This document shows, piece by piece, positions 52,087 through 62,835 of a stretch of DNA of 64,000 nt. The notes beneath the pieces were generated by a model. That model had not been told where the DNA came from. It saw only the letters and a list, made by a program, of their open reading frames with translations, and ran no database searches. Position numbers and translations under genes: made by a program. The DNA comes from an uncultured Chromatiales bacterium (lineage in GTDB: Bacteria; Pseudomonadota; Gammaproteobacteria; DATFLL01): NCBI GenBank assembly GCA_964561765.1, contig CAZLQI010000011.1:5955-69954 (forward strand). The letters are read 5' to 3'. Positions within the stretch are counted from its first letter, which is position 1, and every line of letters begins with the position of its first letter.

Positions 52087-53859
52087 CTATTGCGCGACCT
52101 CCACCCGATTGCGCCCCTGATCTTTGGCACGATACAGTGCCGCATCGGCGCGATCGAAGCAGTCGGTGATGTCCTCCTCCACCCGGTAGGAGGTCAATCC
52201 GCAGGAAACGGTAATTGGCACGGTTTTGTCGCGGTAATGAAAATCACAGTTGGCAACCGCCTGGCGCAACTTTTCGGCGGCCTGCCGTGCGCCATCCAAA
52301 TCGATCTCGGGCATGAGTACCACGAACTCTTCGCCACCATAACGGGCGATAAAATCAGACTCGCGCACGTTCTCGGACAAACGTTTCGCGATCACCACCA
52401 ACACGCGGTCGCCGGCCTGATGGCCATAGAGATCATTGACGGCCTTGAAGCGGTCGACATCCCACATCATGATTACCAGCGGTGAGCCGTAGCGCTTGCT
52501 GCGGGCGATCTCCTGCTCGACACGTTCCTGATAGGCGATGCGGTTGGCCAGACCGGTGAGTGGATCATGCATGGCCAGGCGGTGTTTCTCACGGACACGC
52601 TCGCGCAACCCTGCCGCCTCGTTTTCCATCGTCTCGAGCTTGGCGGTGAGCGCCGCGACCTGGGCCTGAGCCTCGCGCTGGCGTGCCGCTTCAGCACTGC
52701 GGAACTGTCCGAGATGCTGATCAATGTGTTCAAGCCGGCGCTGGATATCATGCTTGAGGGCATCGAGATGCTGCGCACTCTGGACTGAACTCTGGATGCC
52801 ACGGACTTCGGCCTGCACGGCGGCATCCAGATCTCGCCCATCGGCCAGACTGGCCTCATTCAAGACCGTATTTTCCTGAAATGCGGCATCCAGCTCTTGC
52901 AGGCGCAGGGTCAGTTGCTTGAGAAAGACCTCCAGCTCCCGCTTTTCCGTCTCGACGCTGGCTCTCGCCTCGGCAATAAGACTGGCGATCTCGACGACCG
53001 CACGATCGAGGACACCGAGATCCGGCTCATCCATGAGGCGGTGGCGCACCGCCTGGGCACATGTCTCAAGCTCGACAGGCAAGCCCACCCGATCGAGCAG
53101 TTCGACCAGCAGATCACCGATGCGGGCAACCTCGACCTCGGTGGCATCGGCATCGGCCAGACTGACAGGCGCAGGCCGCACCTCGGCGACGGGCGAGGTA
53201 GGGGGCGGTTCGTTCGCTGCCGCAGGTGAGCTCGGCCCGCCCGCTGCCTCTCCCGCAGGTGACGGCGTCAGCGTCCCGGCCTGTTGCGCCGTCGCTGGCG
53301 AAGCGTCGGAGTTGCCCTCGCCGCCACCGAACAACCCCGCCAGCAGACCACGTCGTCGGCCTGCCGTGGCGTCCTCTGGAGGTCCCTTAACACGTTCAAG
53401 TGCCTCGCCAACCAGTCCGGAAACGCCCTGAACCAAACGTTCTACATCTGCGCCATGAGTGTTGAATTGCTTTTTAAGGGCACGGGCCTTGTGGTTCATG
53501 CCGCGGGGCCAGACGACAGCATCGACCAATTGCACCAGCGCCTCAGCCGGTCCCGGCAATGTGCTCGTCTCACGCCGGTGCTGGTCAAGAGCCAGGATAG
53601 TCGTGGACAGTCCGTCGAGCAGACCGCGCAGGGCCAGGCTATCACGGCCCCGACGCAGGGCGTCGCGTAACTCACCAAGCTGGCTCTCAAGTTGGGGCAG
53701 ACCGGGTTCAGCCGCCAGCGTCAGGTGCGAAAGCCCTTGGCGCAGCATGGCCTCCGCCTCACTCCACTGCTGCTCCTTACGCTCCAGCTCACTGAGGCTA
53801 TCGTAGTATTTCTGCTTCCACTCGGCCGTTCCACGGCGCCCGGCGTCATCGTGTTCCAT
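52087..53859 (-). CDS. Coiled-coil diguanylate cyclase
   Basis: WKQKYYDSL N-terminus; DPLTGLANR, RESD I-site, RYGGEEF. Confidence 0.92.
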   Translation of the reverse strand: MEHDDAGRRGTAEWKQKYYDSLSELERKEQQWSEAEAMLRQGLSHLTLAAEPGLPQLESQLGELRDALRRGRDSLALRGLLDGLSTTILALDQHRRETSTLPGPAEALVQLVDAVVWPRGMNHKARALKKQFNTHGADVERLVQGVSGLVGEALERVKGPPEDATAGRRRGLLAGLFGGGEGNSDASPATAQQAGTLTPSPAGEAAGGPSSPAAANEPPPTSPVAEVRPAPVSLADADATEVEVARIGDLLVELLDRVGLPVELETCAQAVRHRLMDEPDLGVLDRAVVEIASLIAEARASVETEKRELEVFLKQLTLRLQELDAAFQENTVLNEASLADGRDLDAAVQAEVRGIQSSVQSAQHLDALKHDIQRRLEHIDQHLGQFRSAEAARQREAQAQVAALTAKLETMENEAAGLRERVREKHRLAMHDPLTGLANRIAYQERVEQEIARSKRYGSPLVIMMWDVDRFKAVNDLYGHQAGDRVLVVIAKRLSENVRESDFIARYGGEEFVVLMPEIDLDGARQAAEKLRQAVANCDFHYRDKTVPITVSCGLTSYRVEEDITDCFDRADAALYRAKDQGRNRVEVAQ

Positions 53860-53906
53860 GCTCTATCCCGTCCGCATTTTTCTACGTCACGTGTGTCGAC
53901 AACACC

Positions 53907-54719
53907 TTAACCATTCAGGCGCATTCCCATCGGTAGGGCAATCTCCACGGCAATCGGCAGGTGATCGGAAAAACTGTATTTCAACGCCCGTGCCTCGATG
54001 ACATTCAACCCCGGCGTGGTCAGGATGTGATCGATGTGAAACCGTGGACGCCAGCTGGGGAAAGTAAGCACCTCTTCCAGCGGTTCGCGCAGGTTCGTGC
54101 GCTGAAACAAAATGTTCATCTCCTTGCTGCCAGGCCGACAGTTCATGTCACCCATGAGTATGGCGTGAGGATAGTCGTTGATCAATTCGCCGATCATAGC
54201 GAGCTGGCGTATACGTGCGTGCCGGCCCAGTGCCAGGTGCAGCATGACCACGACCAGTGGCGCGTCATTGCGACCATAGCGAGCAAAGATTGCGCCACGC
54301 CCTGGAATCAACCCGGGCAGGCGAAGTTCACGTAGTTCGACGGGGCAGTAGCGGCTGAGCAGTCCATTGCTGTGCTGGGCCAGACGGCCGATGTTGCGGT
54401 TGACCTGATGGAACCAGAAGGGGAAACCGGCCTTGTCGGCCAGATACTCGGTCTGGTTGATGAAACCCGAGCGCAGGCTACCGGCATCGACCTCCTGCAA
54501 ACCCACGATGTCGAAATTCGCGACCATTTGCGCGATCCGATCCAGATTGGTCATGCGCTGCGGGTGCGGCAGCACATGTCTCCAACTGTGGGTGAGATAG
54601 TGGCGCGGCCGGGTGGTGGTGATACCGACCTGGATGTTGTAACTCACCACGCGCAGGTGCGGGCGCTGCCCAATGACCGGCTCCATTGCGACCTGCTCGT
54701 TCATCAATACCGACATCAT
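53907..54719 (-). CDS. Endonuclease/exonuclease/phosphatase-family protein
   Basis: SYNIQ, GLQEVD, MGDMN, IDHIL, SDHLP. Confidence 0.9.
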   Translation of the reverse strand: MMSVLMNEQVAMEPVIGQRPHLRVVSYNIQVGITTTRPRHYLTHSWRHVLPHPQRMTNLDRIAQMVANFDIVGLQEVDAGSLRSGFINQTEYLADKAGFPFWFHQVNRNIGRLAQHSNGLLSRYCPVELRELRLPGLIPGRGAIFARYGRNDAPLVVVMLHLALGRHARIRQLAMIGELINDYPHAILMGDMNCRPGSKEMNILFQRTNLREPLEEVLTFPSWRPRFHIDHILTTPGLNVIEARALKYSFSDHLPIAVEIALPMGMRLNG

Positions 54720-54740
54720 AACGACCGCTCTTCGCTGCGC

Positions 54741-56372
54741 CTAGATTGGGCAGACCATCTCACCCAACTTGCTGGTCAATTTGAGGTTCTCACTGTAGTC
54801 CACCGGGCAGTCGATAATGCTCACGGTATTATCGGCCAGGGCCTGTTTGAGCGTGGGCAACAAATCATTGCCGTCCTGGATGCGGTAGCCCTTGGCCCCG
54901 AAAGATTCCGCTAGCTTGACGAAATCCGGGTTGGTAAAATCCACATTGGACTTGCGCCCGAACTGGGTCATCTGTTTCCACTCGATAAGCCCGTAACCAC
55001 TATCACTCCAGATGAGTATGACAAAGGGCGTACCAATACGCATTGCCGTCTCGATTTCCTGGACATTCATCAGAAAGCCAGCATCACCGGTGACCGCCAC
55101 GACGGCCCGCTCCGGGCAGGCCAGCTTGGCGGCCACGGCACCCGGCACGGCAATCCCCATGCTGGCAAAACCGTTGGAGATCAGACAGGTATTTGGATAT
55201 TCACAGCGAAACATTCGCGCCATCCACATCTTGTGGGCACCCACATCACAAACCACGATGTCTTCCATGTCCATGGCCGTGCGCAGATCCCAGATGATCT
55301 TCTGCGGCTTCATCGGCATGCTGAAGTCGTCCTTGCATTGATTCATGTCGTGGATCAGGGCGTCACGCAGGGCGCGCAGAGTATGGCCGGTGTGCGGCGT
55401 GGCCAGATCCATGATCCGGCGCAGGCTCTTCTTGATGTCGCCCACCACGCCCACCGACACCGGATAGGCCGCATCGACCTCGGCGGGTGACATATCGATA
55501 TGGACGATGTTGCGATCGCGCGTCGGATGCCACAGATAGGGGTGGTACTCGACCAGATCGTAGCCTATGCAGATGATCAGATCGGCACGGTTAAAACCGC
55601 AACTCACATAGTCCTTGGCCTGCAGACCGGCGCTGCCCAGAGCCATCGGGTGTTTGAAGGGAATCACCCCCTTGGCCATGAAGGTGTTTGCGACCGGGAT
55701 GTTGAGTTTGTCGGCAAAGTCGGCAAGCTGCTGCCAGGCCTTGGCGCGGATGACACCGTTCCCAGCGAGGATGATCGGGTTCTTGGCATCAGAGATCAGC
55801 GCCACGGCGCGGTTGACCTGTTCGACTGCTGGATCGGGGGGGACCGGCAACATGGTGGGCAGCGGTATATCCTGGACCTCCATCTCGGCGATATTTTCCG
55901 GAAATTCGATGAAACAGGCGCCAGTCTTCTCGCTTTGCGAGAGCTTGAAGGCCTTGCGAATCACCTCAGCAATGATATTGGGCGTCAACAGGCGAGCTGA
56001 ATACTTGGTAATGGAGGAAAACATCTGCTCCAGATCCAGTACCTGGTGGGATTCCTTGTGCAACCGGTGGGTACTGGCCTGACCGGCAATCGCCACCAGC
56101 GGAGCATGGTCCAGATTGGCGTCGGCCACCCCGGTAATCAGATTGGTCGCCCCCGGACCCAGGGTGGAGAGGCAGACCCCGGCCTTGCCGGTCAATCGGC
56201 CATAAACATCGGCCATGAAGGCGGCACCCTGCTCATGGCGGGTGGTGATAAACGTGATGGGAGAATCCAGCAGTGCATCCATCAAATCGAGGTTTTCCTC
56301 GCCAGGCAGGCCGAAGATGTACTCGACACCCTCGTTCTCCAGGCACTTGATGAACAGTTCCGCCGCTTTCAT
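54741..56372 (-). CDS. ThDP-dependent enzyme of the acetolactate synthase family (OgdA-like clade)
   Basis: IFGLPGEENL, RHEQGAAFMADVYGRLTGK, ISNGFASMG, GDAGF; no ilvH/ilvN adjacent. Confidence 0.88.
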   Translation of the reverse strand: MKAAELFIKCLENEGVEYIFGLPGEENLDLMDALLDSPITFITTRHEQGAAFMADVYGRLTGKAGVCLSTLGPGATNLITGVADANLDHAPLVAIAGQASTHRLHKESHQVLDLEQMFSSITKYSARLLTPNIIAEVIRKAFKLSQSEKTGACFIEFPENIAEMEVQDIPLPTMLPVPPDPAVEQVNRAVALISDAKNPIILAGNGVIRAKAWQQLADFADKLNIPVANTFMAKGVIPFKHPMALGSAGLQAKDYVSCGFNRADLIICIGYDLVEYHPYLWHPTRDRNIVHIDMSPAEVDAAYPVSVGVVGDIKKSLRRIMDLATPHTGHTLRALRDALIHDMNQCKDDFSMPMKPQKIIWDLRTAMDMEDIVVCDVGAHKMWMARMFRCEYPNTCLISNGFASMGIAVPGAVAAKLACPERAVVAVTGDAGFLMNVQEIETAMRIGTPFVILIWSDSGYGLIEWKQMTQFGRKSNVDFTNPDFVKLAESFGAKGYRIQDGNDLLPTLKQALADNTVSIIDCPVDYSENLKLTSKLGEMVCPI

Positions 56373-56608
56373 GTCGTCTCCACAGGTGGGTCCTTATATC
56401 CTATCGGCCGGTACCACCCGGTCTTTATTGATTCGACCATGAAATCGACGAACTGTGTCACCAGGAGGCGCGATGCTGTGCGGCGATACGAAGCGACAGG
56501 CTATACGCGTTGGCACCACGTCCGTGGCCGCAGCGGTCACATTTCCGTCCCCCCCCCAACGGAGAATCGGTCGGCACAGCGACGAAAAAAACCTGAGTGC
56601 GCCGACCG

Positions 56609-57271
56609 TTAGTGCAGTCCCTTGGCCTTGGCCTCCTTGGCAACAAGAAAGTTAATCACCTTGATCATGCCCTCATCGCCGCCGGCCAGCAGGCCACTGG
56701 TGCGATATTTACCATCGACGATCAACGAGGGTACTCCACTGATACCGTAATGACGGCTGAGTTCAGCGGCACGACGCACCTTGCTGTAGACAACGAAGGA
56801 ATTGAAGGCATTCTTGAAGTCCTTGACGGACACCCCGTGGGCAACAAAAAAGGCCTCGATAGCCGGTTCGGTCGCCAGGGACTCACCCTGCTTGTGAATG
56901 GCATCGAAAAAAGCCTCGTGGGTCTTGTCCAACACGCCCAACACCTTGGCGGTATAGTAGGCCTTGGCCTGGATCTTCCACACCGGATTATTGAACACGG
57001 CCGGCACGCGTATAAAGACCACATGTTTGGGTTTGTGTGCCAACCATTTGAGCAGATAGGGCTCAAAATGATAGCAATGCGGGCAACCGTACCAGAACAT
57101 CTCGACAACCTCTATCTGATTATCGTTAACCGTGGTGGGCACCGGCGGGGTGATCTTCTGGTATTCAAACCCCTCATTGATATCCGCACGGGCCACGCCC
57201 GGCATCCACAAGGGCGACAGGCCGGGCAGCAGGACCAACAGAAACAGCACACGATACAGAGCATTCTTCAT
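56609..57271 (-). CDS. dsbA: Thiol:disulfide interchange protein DsbA
   Basis: FWYGCPHCY, GVP cis-Pro loop, signal peptide. Confidence 0.93.
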   Translation of the reverse strand: MKNALYRVLFLLVLLPGLSPLWMPGVARADINEGFEYQKITPPVPTTVNDNQIEVVEMFWYGCPHCYHFEPYLLKWLAHKPKHVVFIRVPAVFNNPVWKIQAKAYYTAKVLGVLDKTHEAFFDAIHKQGESLATEPAIEAFFVAHGVSVKDFKNAFNSFVVYSKVRRAAELSRHYGISGVPSLIVDGKYRTSGLLAGGDEGMIKVINFLVAKEAKAKGLH

Positions 57272-57415
57272 GCGTTCATTCTCCAGTTCAGTGTAAAATC
57301 CAGACTATGTAAATCCCACTCCGTCTGCAAGCGAGGCCTGCACGTCGCGCGGTTGTCCGCCTTCCTGTAAACGATCAGATCGATTATGCTATATCCCTAC
57401 GTTAGGGAGGGAAAT

Positions 57416-57907
57416 ATGATGCCGACAGAGAAGATCGATCTTGCTGACTTCCTCAATCAACAATACTTGTGTGAATCACTCACTATCAAGGAGGTGCGCA
57501 CCCTGCTTGAGTACACCGAGCTGATCACACTGGAAAAAGATGCCCTCATTGCCGAGATTGGCGATGTCGGCGATGCCCTGTACTTCGTGGTCAAAGGCGA
57601 GTCTGCCCTGTTCTACGACGATACCGGCACGGAAATCGAAATCGGCCGCATGCAGGAAGGTGAACTGATGGGTGAGATGTCCTTCTTCGACCGCCAACCT
57701 CGTCTGGTGCGGATGCGTGCCATGCGCGCCGATACCCGTCTGCTCAAACTCACTCACACCATGTATCAACGTATGCGAGTGGAGCACCCCTACATTGCCG
57801 TTAATCTGCTCGAGCACGCTATTATCAGCCTGGATCATGTTTTCCGCCGGGTCAGCACCGATGTGGCCACCTTCACACACTACATCAACGATAGCGGTCG
57901 CAAGTAA
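57416..57907 (+). CDS. Stand-alone cyclic-nucleotide-binding domain protein
   Basis: GDVGDALYFVVKG, GELMGEMSFFDRQPR; no HTH. Confidence 0.85.
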   Translation: MMPTEKIDLADFLNQQYLCESLTIKEVRTLLEYTELITLEKDALIAEIGDVGDALYFVVKGESALFYDDTGTEIEIGRMQEGELMGEMSFFDRQPRLVRMRAMRADTRLLKLTHTMYQRMRVEHPYIAVNLLEHAIISLDHVFRRVSTDVATFTHYINDSGRK

Positions 57908-58024
57908 GCCGTCGCGCACTCCCGCACCCGCTGATCTACTCGATTCATACCTCCCCACAAACACACAGCCCGCTGGCGCAGGCCAGGCGGGCCGTGTGTC
58001 TGGGAACACGGGTACAGGCGCCCG

Positions 58025-59356
58025 CTACAGCGTACCGTAGGAGTGCAGGCCTGAAAGGAACATGTTCACCCCCAGGAAAGCGAACAGGGTAATGAACAGA
58101 CCGATTAGAGCCCACCAGGCCATAGGGGCACCGCGCCAGCCCTTGGTCAGGCGCATGTGCAACCAGGCCGCGTAATTGAGCCACACGATCAACGCCCAGG
58201 TCTCTTTTGGATCCCAGGACCAGTACCCCCCCCAGGCCTGCTCTGCCCACAGGGAGCCCAGAATCGTGGCCAGGGTAAAGAAAGCAAAACCCAGACCGAT
58301 CGCCTTGTACATGACGTCGTCGAGCATCTCGCGTGGGGGCATGTTGTCTGTCACCCGCGGCATCATGACCATCGTACCAAAACCCCACATCACCGCTGCC
58401 ACTACCACACCGTAGCCGATCGAGATACCGGTGATCGACAAGTGTACACCAGCCACCAGCCAGCCGATGATCACGGCCGCCACCACGGTCAGGCCAAGGA
58501 TTGAGTAGCCCAGGGCACGATTGGGTTTCTTTGCGTAATCGATCAGCAGGTGCAGGGTGCCGACCATCGCTGCTATGGCAAAGGAACCATAGCCAATAAA
58601 ATTGGCCGGGACATGCATCTTCATCCAGTAACTCTGTAGTGCCGGCACCAGGGGTTCGATCTGGCTGGCATGCTGTCCGAACTGATACCAGAGCAGAAAG
58701 GCAATGGCCGCGCTGATGATCAGGAGCACAAAACCGCCCATGCTGCGGGTGCGGTAGTACATTTCGTAGTACAGATAAATGAGTGCAGTAACGATAGAAA
58801 ACAGAATGAAGACGTCGTAGAGATTACTGATCGGAATATGACCAATATCCATACCCATCATGTAAGACTCGCGCCAGCGCACCATCAATCCAATCAGACC
58901 CATGGCCGTGGCCGACCAGGTCATGGCGGTGCCGACCTTGCTGGCAAACCCGGAGCGGGCAAAGATGCCGGTAAAATAGGCCAGCGTCGCCATGACATAG
59001 AGCGCGCTCATCCACATGATCGCCGCTTGGCTGGAGATCAGGAATCGCAGGAAGAATTCATGCTCACGCCGGCTCAGATCATCACCATACAGAGCGATGG
59101 CGCTGAGGCTCGCCACGGCCACCACCACGATAAGCCAGCGCAATGACCTCCAGTAGGTACTCAGTGCGATGGTGCCAACGGTTACGCCCACGAGGATCCC
59201 GACCTGAAGAACGTTCATGTACTCGCCGTAGCGGTGATAACCTATATAGGCTCCGCCCGCGACCAGTACCGTCCAGATCAGGTCCCAGATATTCAGCTGT
59301 TTGAATAGAGAACTCTTTTTTAGTTCCGCCTGTAGAACGGCATGTGATACGGACAT
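58025..59356 (-). CDS. ccsA: System II cytochrome c synthase, WWD subunit (CcsA/ResC)
   Basis: GHIPISNLY, LQSYWMKMHV, WAEQAWGGYWSWDPKETW, GLHSY. Confidence 0.95.
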   Translation of the reverse strand: MSVSHAVLQAELKKSSLFKQLNIWDLIWTVLVAGGAYIGYHRYGEYMNVLQVGILVGVTVGTIALSTYWRSLRWLIVVVAVASLSAIALYGDDLSRREHEFFLRFLISSQAAIMWMSALYVMATLAYFTGIFARSGFASKVGTAMTWSATAMGLIGLMVRWRESYMMGMDIGHIPISNLYDVFILFSIVTALIYLYYEMYYRTRSMGGFVLLIISAAIAFLLWYQFGQHASQIEPLVPALQSYWMKMHVPANFIGYGSFAIAAMVGTLHLLIDYAKKPNRALGYSILGLTVVAAVIIGWLVAGVHLSITGISIGYGVVVAAVMWGFGTMVMMPRVTDNMPPREMLDDVMYKAIGLGFAFFTLATILGSLWAEQAWGGYWSWDPKETWALIVWLNYAAWLHMRLTKGWRGAPMAWWALIGLFITLFAFLGVNMFLSGLHSYGTL

Positions 59357-59512
59357 AATGATCCTCTCGCTCTTGGGATTAGACTGCGCCCGCAGTATCG
59401 GCAACGGCCATACTACGCGCACTTATACTACCCGAATCCTGACTTGCTGTACGTTCCTGGCGGTGCGTATCCCTGTACCGCGCCGCCCGCTTCTTGCGCG
59501 GCCGCATCATCT

Positions 59513-61507
59513 TCATCTGCGCAAATATCCGTCCAAGCGTTCACCCATCGCAGTGAAATCGCGGGCAAAATCCCGCTGATGCCGGTCCTCGTTACCCGCG
59601 AACAGCACACGGGTCTGCTCACCATCACGCCGAACGATCGCCCACAGGCGCCGATGGTTGATGTACAGCGACATGAAGACACCACCGATCAGCAAAATAA
59701 AGCCTAAAAAGACAATATTATTACCAGGCGCCTTGCTGATCTCCAGACCTGACGCCTGCACTTCCTTGAAGCCGGTAAGCTGTAGATAAAACGGCGAACC
59801 GTATTTGCTCATCTCATTGATGGCATTGATGCTGTCATTGTAGAACTGAGCGGCCTTTGGCCCCACACCCTTGGTGGTATCGACCCCCTCTTGGTGCAAA
59901 AGTTCCACATAGACACTACGCAGAATACTCTGCAACACCTTGCTATAGGCATCGGTAACGCCCGCCTGGCGCGCCTTGGGTACGTTCTTTTTAATGTGAT
60001 CAATGATGGCCTTGAATCCACCCTGATCGAACAACCCTACCAATCGAACCATGGAGTCGGTCACGTCCTTGCGCACCCGGGGGTTGTCCATCCCGGCCGC
60101 GGCCATGGTCTCGCGGGCCTGGCGTGAGGCGATGGCCCGCACCTGGTCAACATTATTGAGCAGTGCCTCAAACTTCAGGAAGCGCTTGGGACTGGCGTTC
60201 GCATCTGCTGGGATATGGAGGAATTGGTAGGGCTGGCCTGGCTCATCGCGCACACCGGAGAGGAAGAACAGGCGACCGTCCTGAAGTACAGGCGACATAT
60301 AGTTATCATACTGCTTGGCCACACCACTGGCATTGCGCAGCTTAAAGATAAAACTCGGACCGATGTTGGTAAATTTGTGACCACTATTAGGCGGGGCCGG
60401 CATGACGTTGTATGCCTTGAAATTGGAAAACTCCAGAGTCATCGGTCCCCGTGAGGTATTGACCTTCAGATCCTGGTGGATTACCCCCTTCAGGTCCAAC
60501 GGCTTGAGCTGACCGCTAAACAGGGGCCAGGCGCGCAACTGCAGTTTTGAGCCACCGTCGCCAAAGCTGGCTTGATAAATGGTGTAACCGCGGTAGCTCA
60601 ACGGGTGATTGACCCGTATGGTCGTTGCCAGGATTTTCTGGTGCCGGGCATCATGGACAACGATATCAGACTGGAAATCCTTGGGCTTCCCCGAGGGATA
60701 GTGTTTGATACGGAAATCCTTCAATGCTATGGAGAACGGCAACTCTTGTACCAGGTAGCCATCACGCATATTCAGGAAGACCACATTGGTCGATGTCCCT
60801 TCCGGAATGGTGACATTGCCACGAAACGAGGTCGTCTCTCCCGCAGCCAGTTTGCTGCTCTCAGGCACCTGCGAGACCGGGATGTCGCGGGTCTCGATAC
60901 GTTTGTGCCCGAGATACATCTCCAGCCGGAGCCCCAGACTGCCGCCGATCAGGGCACCGATGCAAATGACCACGATACCTGCGTGAGTAAACAGATAACC
61001 CAGACGATTGAGACTGCCCTTCTTCCCCGCAATGGTCAGCGTGTTCCCTATGCGCTTGTCGCGGGTCCGGTAACCTTGTCCCTTGATGAAGTCACGCAGG
61101 ATGAGCTCGGCATCCTCGCTTCTCCCTTGCAACACCCATTCCCGGTGATTGCGCAAAGTGCGCAAGGTTCTCTCCTGCGCACTTTCGCGATACTGGAACA
61201 TATCGCGCAACAAGGTCGGGCCATTGCGGTAGATACACACGCTGGTCGAGACCAGCAGAAAACCCATCAGCGCCAGAAACCAGACCGTGCCATAGACATC
61301 GTACAGGCCCAAGTCGACAAACACCTTGTGCCAGAACGGTCCGAACTTGAAGATATAATCGGTATAGGGTTGATTCTGCTTGAGTACTGTACCGATCACT
61401 GCGGCGATAGCAATGGCTATCAGGATGGTGATCGCCAAGTTCATGGATCCGAGAAATTCCAGCGCAATACGGCGCCGGTTCCGGGGGATGTTTGTCTGCC
61501 CGCTCAC
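59513..61507 (-). CDS. resB: System II cytochrome c biogenesis protein ResB/Ccs1
   Basis: LGSMNLAI, IGTVLKQ, H in LFTHAG, IRVNHPL, YQASF, SGLEISKAPG. Confidence 0.94.
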   Translation of the reverse strand: MSGQTNIPRNRRRIALEFLGSMNLAITILIAIAIAAVIGTVLKQNQPYTDYIFKFGPFWHKVFVDLGLYDVYGTVWFLALMGFLLVSTSVCIYRNGPTLLRDMFQYRESAQERTLRTLRNHREWVLQGRSEDAELILRDFIKGQGYRTRDKRIGNTLTIAGKKGSLNRLGYLFTHAGIVVICIGALIGGSLGLRLEMYLGHKRIETRDIPVSQVPESSKLAAGETTSFRGNVTIPEGTSTNVVFLNMRDGYLVQELPFSIALKDFRIKHYPSGKPKDFQSDIVVHDARHQKILATTIRVNHPLSYRGYTIYQASFGDGGSKLQLRAWPLFSGQLKPLDLKGVIHQDLKVNTSRGPMTLEFSNFKAYNVMPAPPNSGHKFTNIGPSFIFKLRNASGVAKQYDNYMSPVLQDGRLFFLSGVRDEPGQPYQFLHIPADANASPKRFLKFEALLNNVDQVRAIASRQARETMAAAGMDNPRVRKDVTDSMVRLVGLFDQGGFKAIIDHIKKNVPKARQAGVTDAYSKVLQSILRSVYVELLHQEGVDTTKGVGPKAAQFYNDSINAINEMSKYGSPFYLQLTGFKEVQASGLEISKAPGNNIVFLGFILLIGGVFMSLYINHRRLWAIVRRDGEQTRVLFAGNEDRHQRDFARDFTAMGERLDGYLRR

Positions 61508-61626
61508 ATCTAGACTACCTTGGCGATTACGCCATTCGATGACACTGGAAACAGGAATATCAGAGCTGCCAAAGGGTGGTCAGAGCGACCACCCTTTGGC
61601 ATAGGACTACGCGATGGGACAGAGGT

Positions 61627-62253
61627 TCAGTGCAAACCCTGAATATAAGCCGCGACGGCCTTCATTTCGCCAGGGCTCAGTTTGGCGGCAATGTTGCGCA
61701 TCAACATACCGGCATCGTTAGAGCGAGTGCCGTTTTTGAAGGCCTCAAGCTGTGCCACGATGTACGGCGCATGCTGGCCGGCCAGGCGCGGGAAATGCGC
61801 CGCCGGGTTGCCTGCTCCGGTCGGACCATGGCAGGCCATGCAGGCCGCCACGCCCGTCGTCGCATTGCCACCGCGGAAGATATTCTCGCCCTTGGCTGCC
61901 AGCTTCTTGTTCGTAGTACCCACGCTCATGGTCTGCGAGGAGTAATACGCGGCCAGGTTGTCGATATCCTGGTTGGTCAACGGTACGACCATGGCCGTCA
62001 TGATCGGGTTTTTACGGGCACCCGACTTGAAGTCATGCAGTTCCTTCATCAGATAGGGGGCATTCTGCCCGGCCAGTTTGGGGAAGGTCGGCACAACACT
62101 ATTACCGTCGGCGCCGTGGCAGGCGGCACAGGTCGCTGCCTTGGCCTTGCCGGCCTCGGCGTTACCCTTGGGATTGAAGGGATTGCCTGCGGCCTGAGCG
62201 ACCGAGACGGCGGACATCAGCACAAAGGCTGCAATCGCAAATCGATAGTTCAT
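61627..62253 (-). CDS. Diheme cytochrome c4
   Basis: CAACHG and CMACHG, PKLAGQ and PRLAGQ. Confidence 0.94.
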   Translation of the reverse strand: MNYRFAIAAFVLMSAVSVAQAAGNPFNPKGNAEAGKAKAATCAACHGADGNSVVPTFPKLAGQNAPYLMKELHDFKSGARKNPIMTAMVVPLTNQDIDNLAAYYSSQTMSVGTTNKKLAAKGENIFRGGNATTGVAACMACHGPTGAGNPAAHFPRLAGQHAPYIVAQLEAFKNGTRSNDAGMLMRNIAAKLSPGEMKAVAAYIQGLH

Positions 62254-62835
62254 CCTAATTACCTGTTTGGCTGAGTTATGACACAATGTAATATAATGAA
62301 ACGTTAATCAAGAACTCCGTAACCGGGTCTATCGGCCCTGCGCGCCCAGGTCAGGTGGACGCCCGACCTGGGCGCGCAGCAATGCCGATGCCATGGCACC
62401 TGCAACAGGTCTGCTGGAACAGAGTCTTGCCGTGCGGGTGATCCGCCGTCTCAGTGGACACCTCTATTGCGGCTGTGGCCGCTACGCATACTATTTTCAC
62501 TCATCTCCCTCCCTGCCTGGCGACCAGGCCCGCGTGGGTTTGCTTGAAACCCGACCACTGCGACATGTTACACTGCGCCCTGCTTCGGCCAGAGTGAAAA
62601 CCGGCGCCTCTATATACCAACTGAGGCAACCCCGGTCAAGCCAAGCCCCCAAACCTGGGGCCTCACGGACGCGCTGTGCAGTGACGAGCGCTATTGACAC
62701 ACTACGTGTAAAACTGATTTATCCAGCCGGATTAGCTCTATCCTATACCCACTATATCCAACACAGATGGCCGACCCTGTTTCTGACTCAAGTATCCGGT
62801 CGGCACACTGAACACGAGATGAACACGATCCCCCA

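Noticed and set aside
54741-56372. Gene symbol ilvB/ilvI
   Set aside because: No regulatory subunit or ilv context, and the GxPGEENL signature differs from the GYPGG motif of anabolic AHAS
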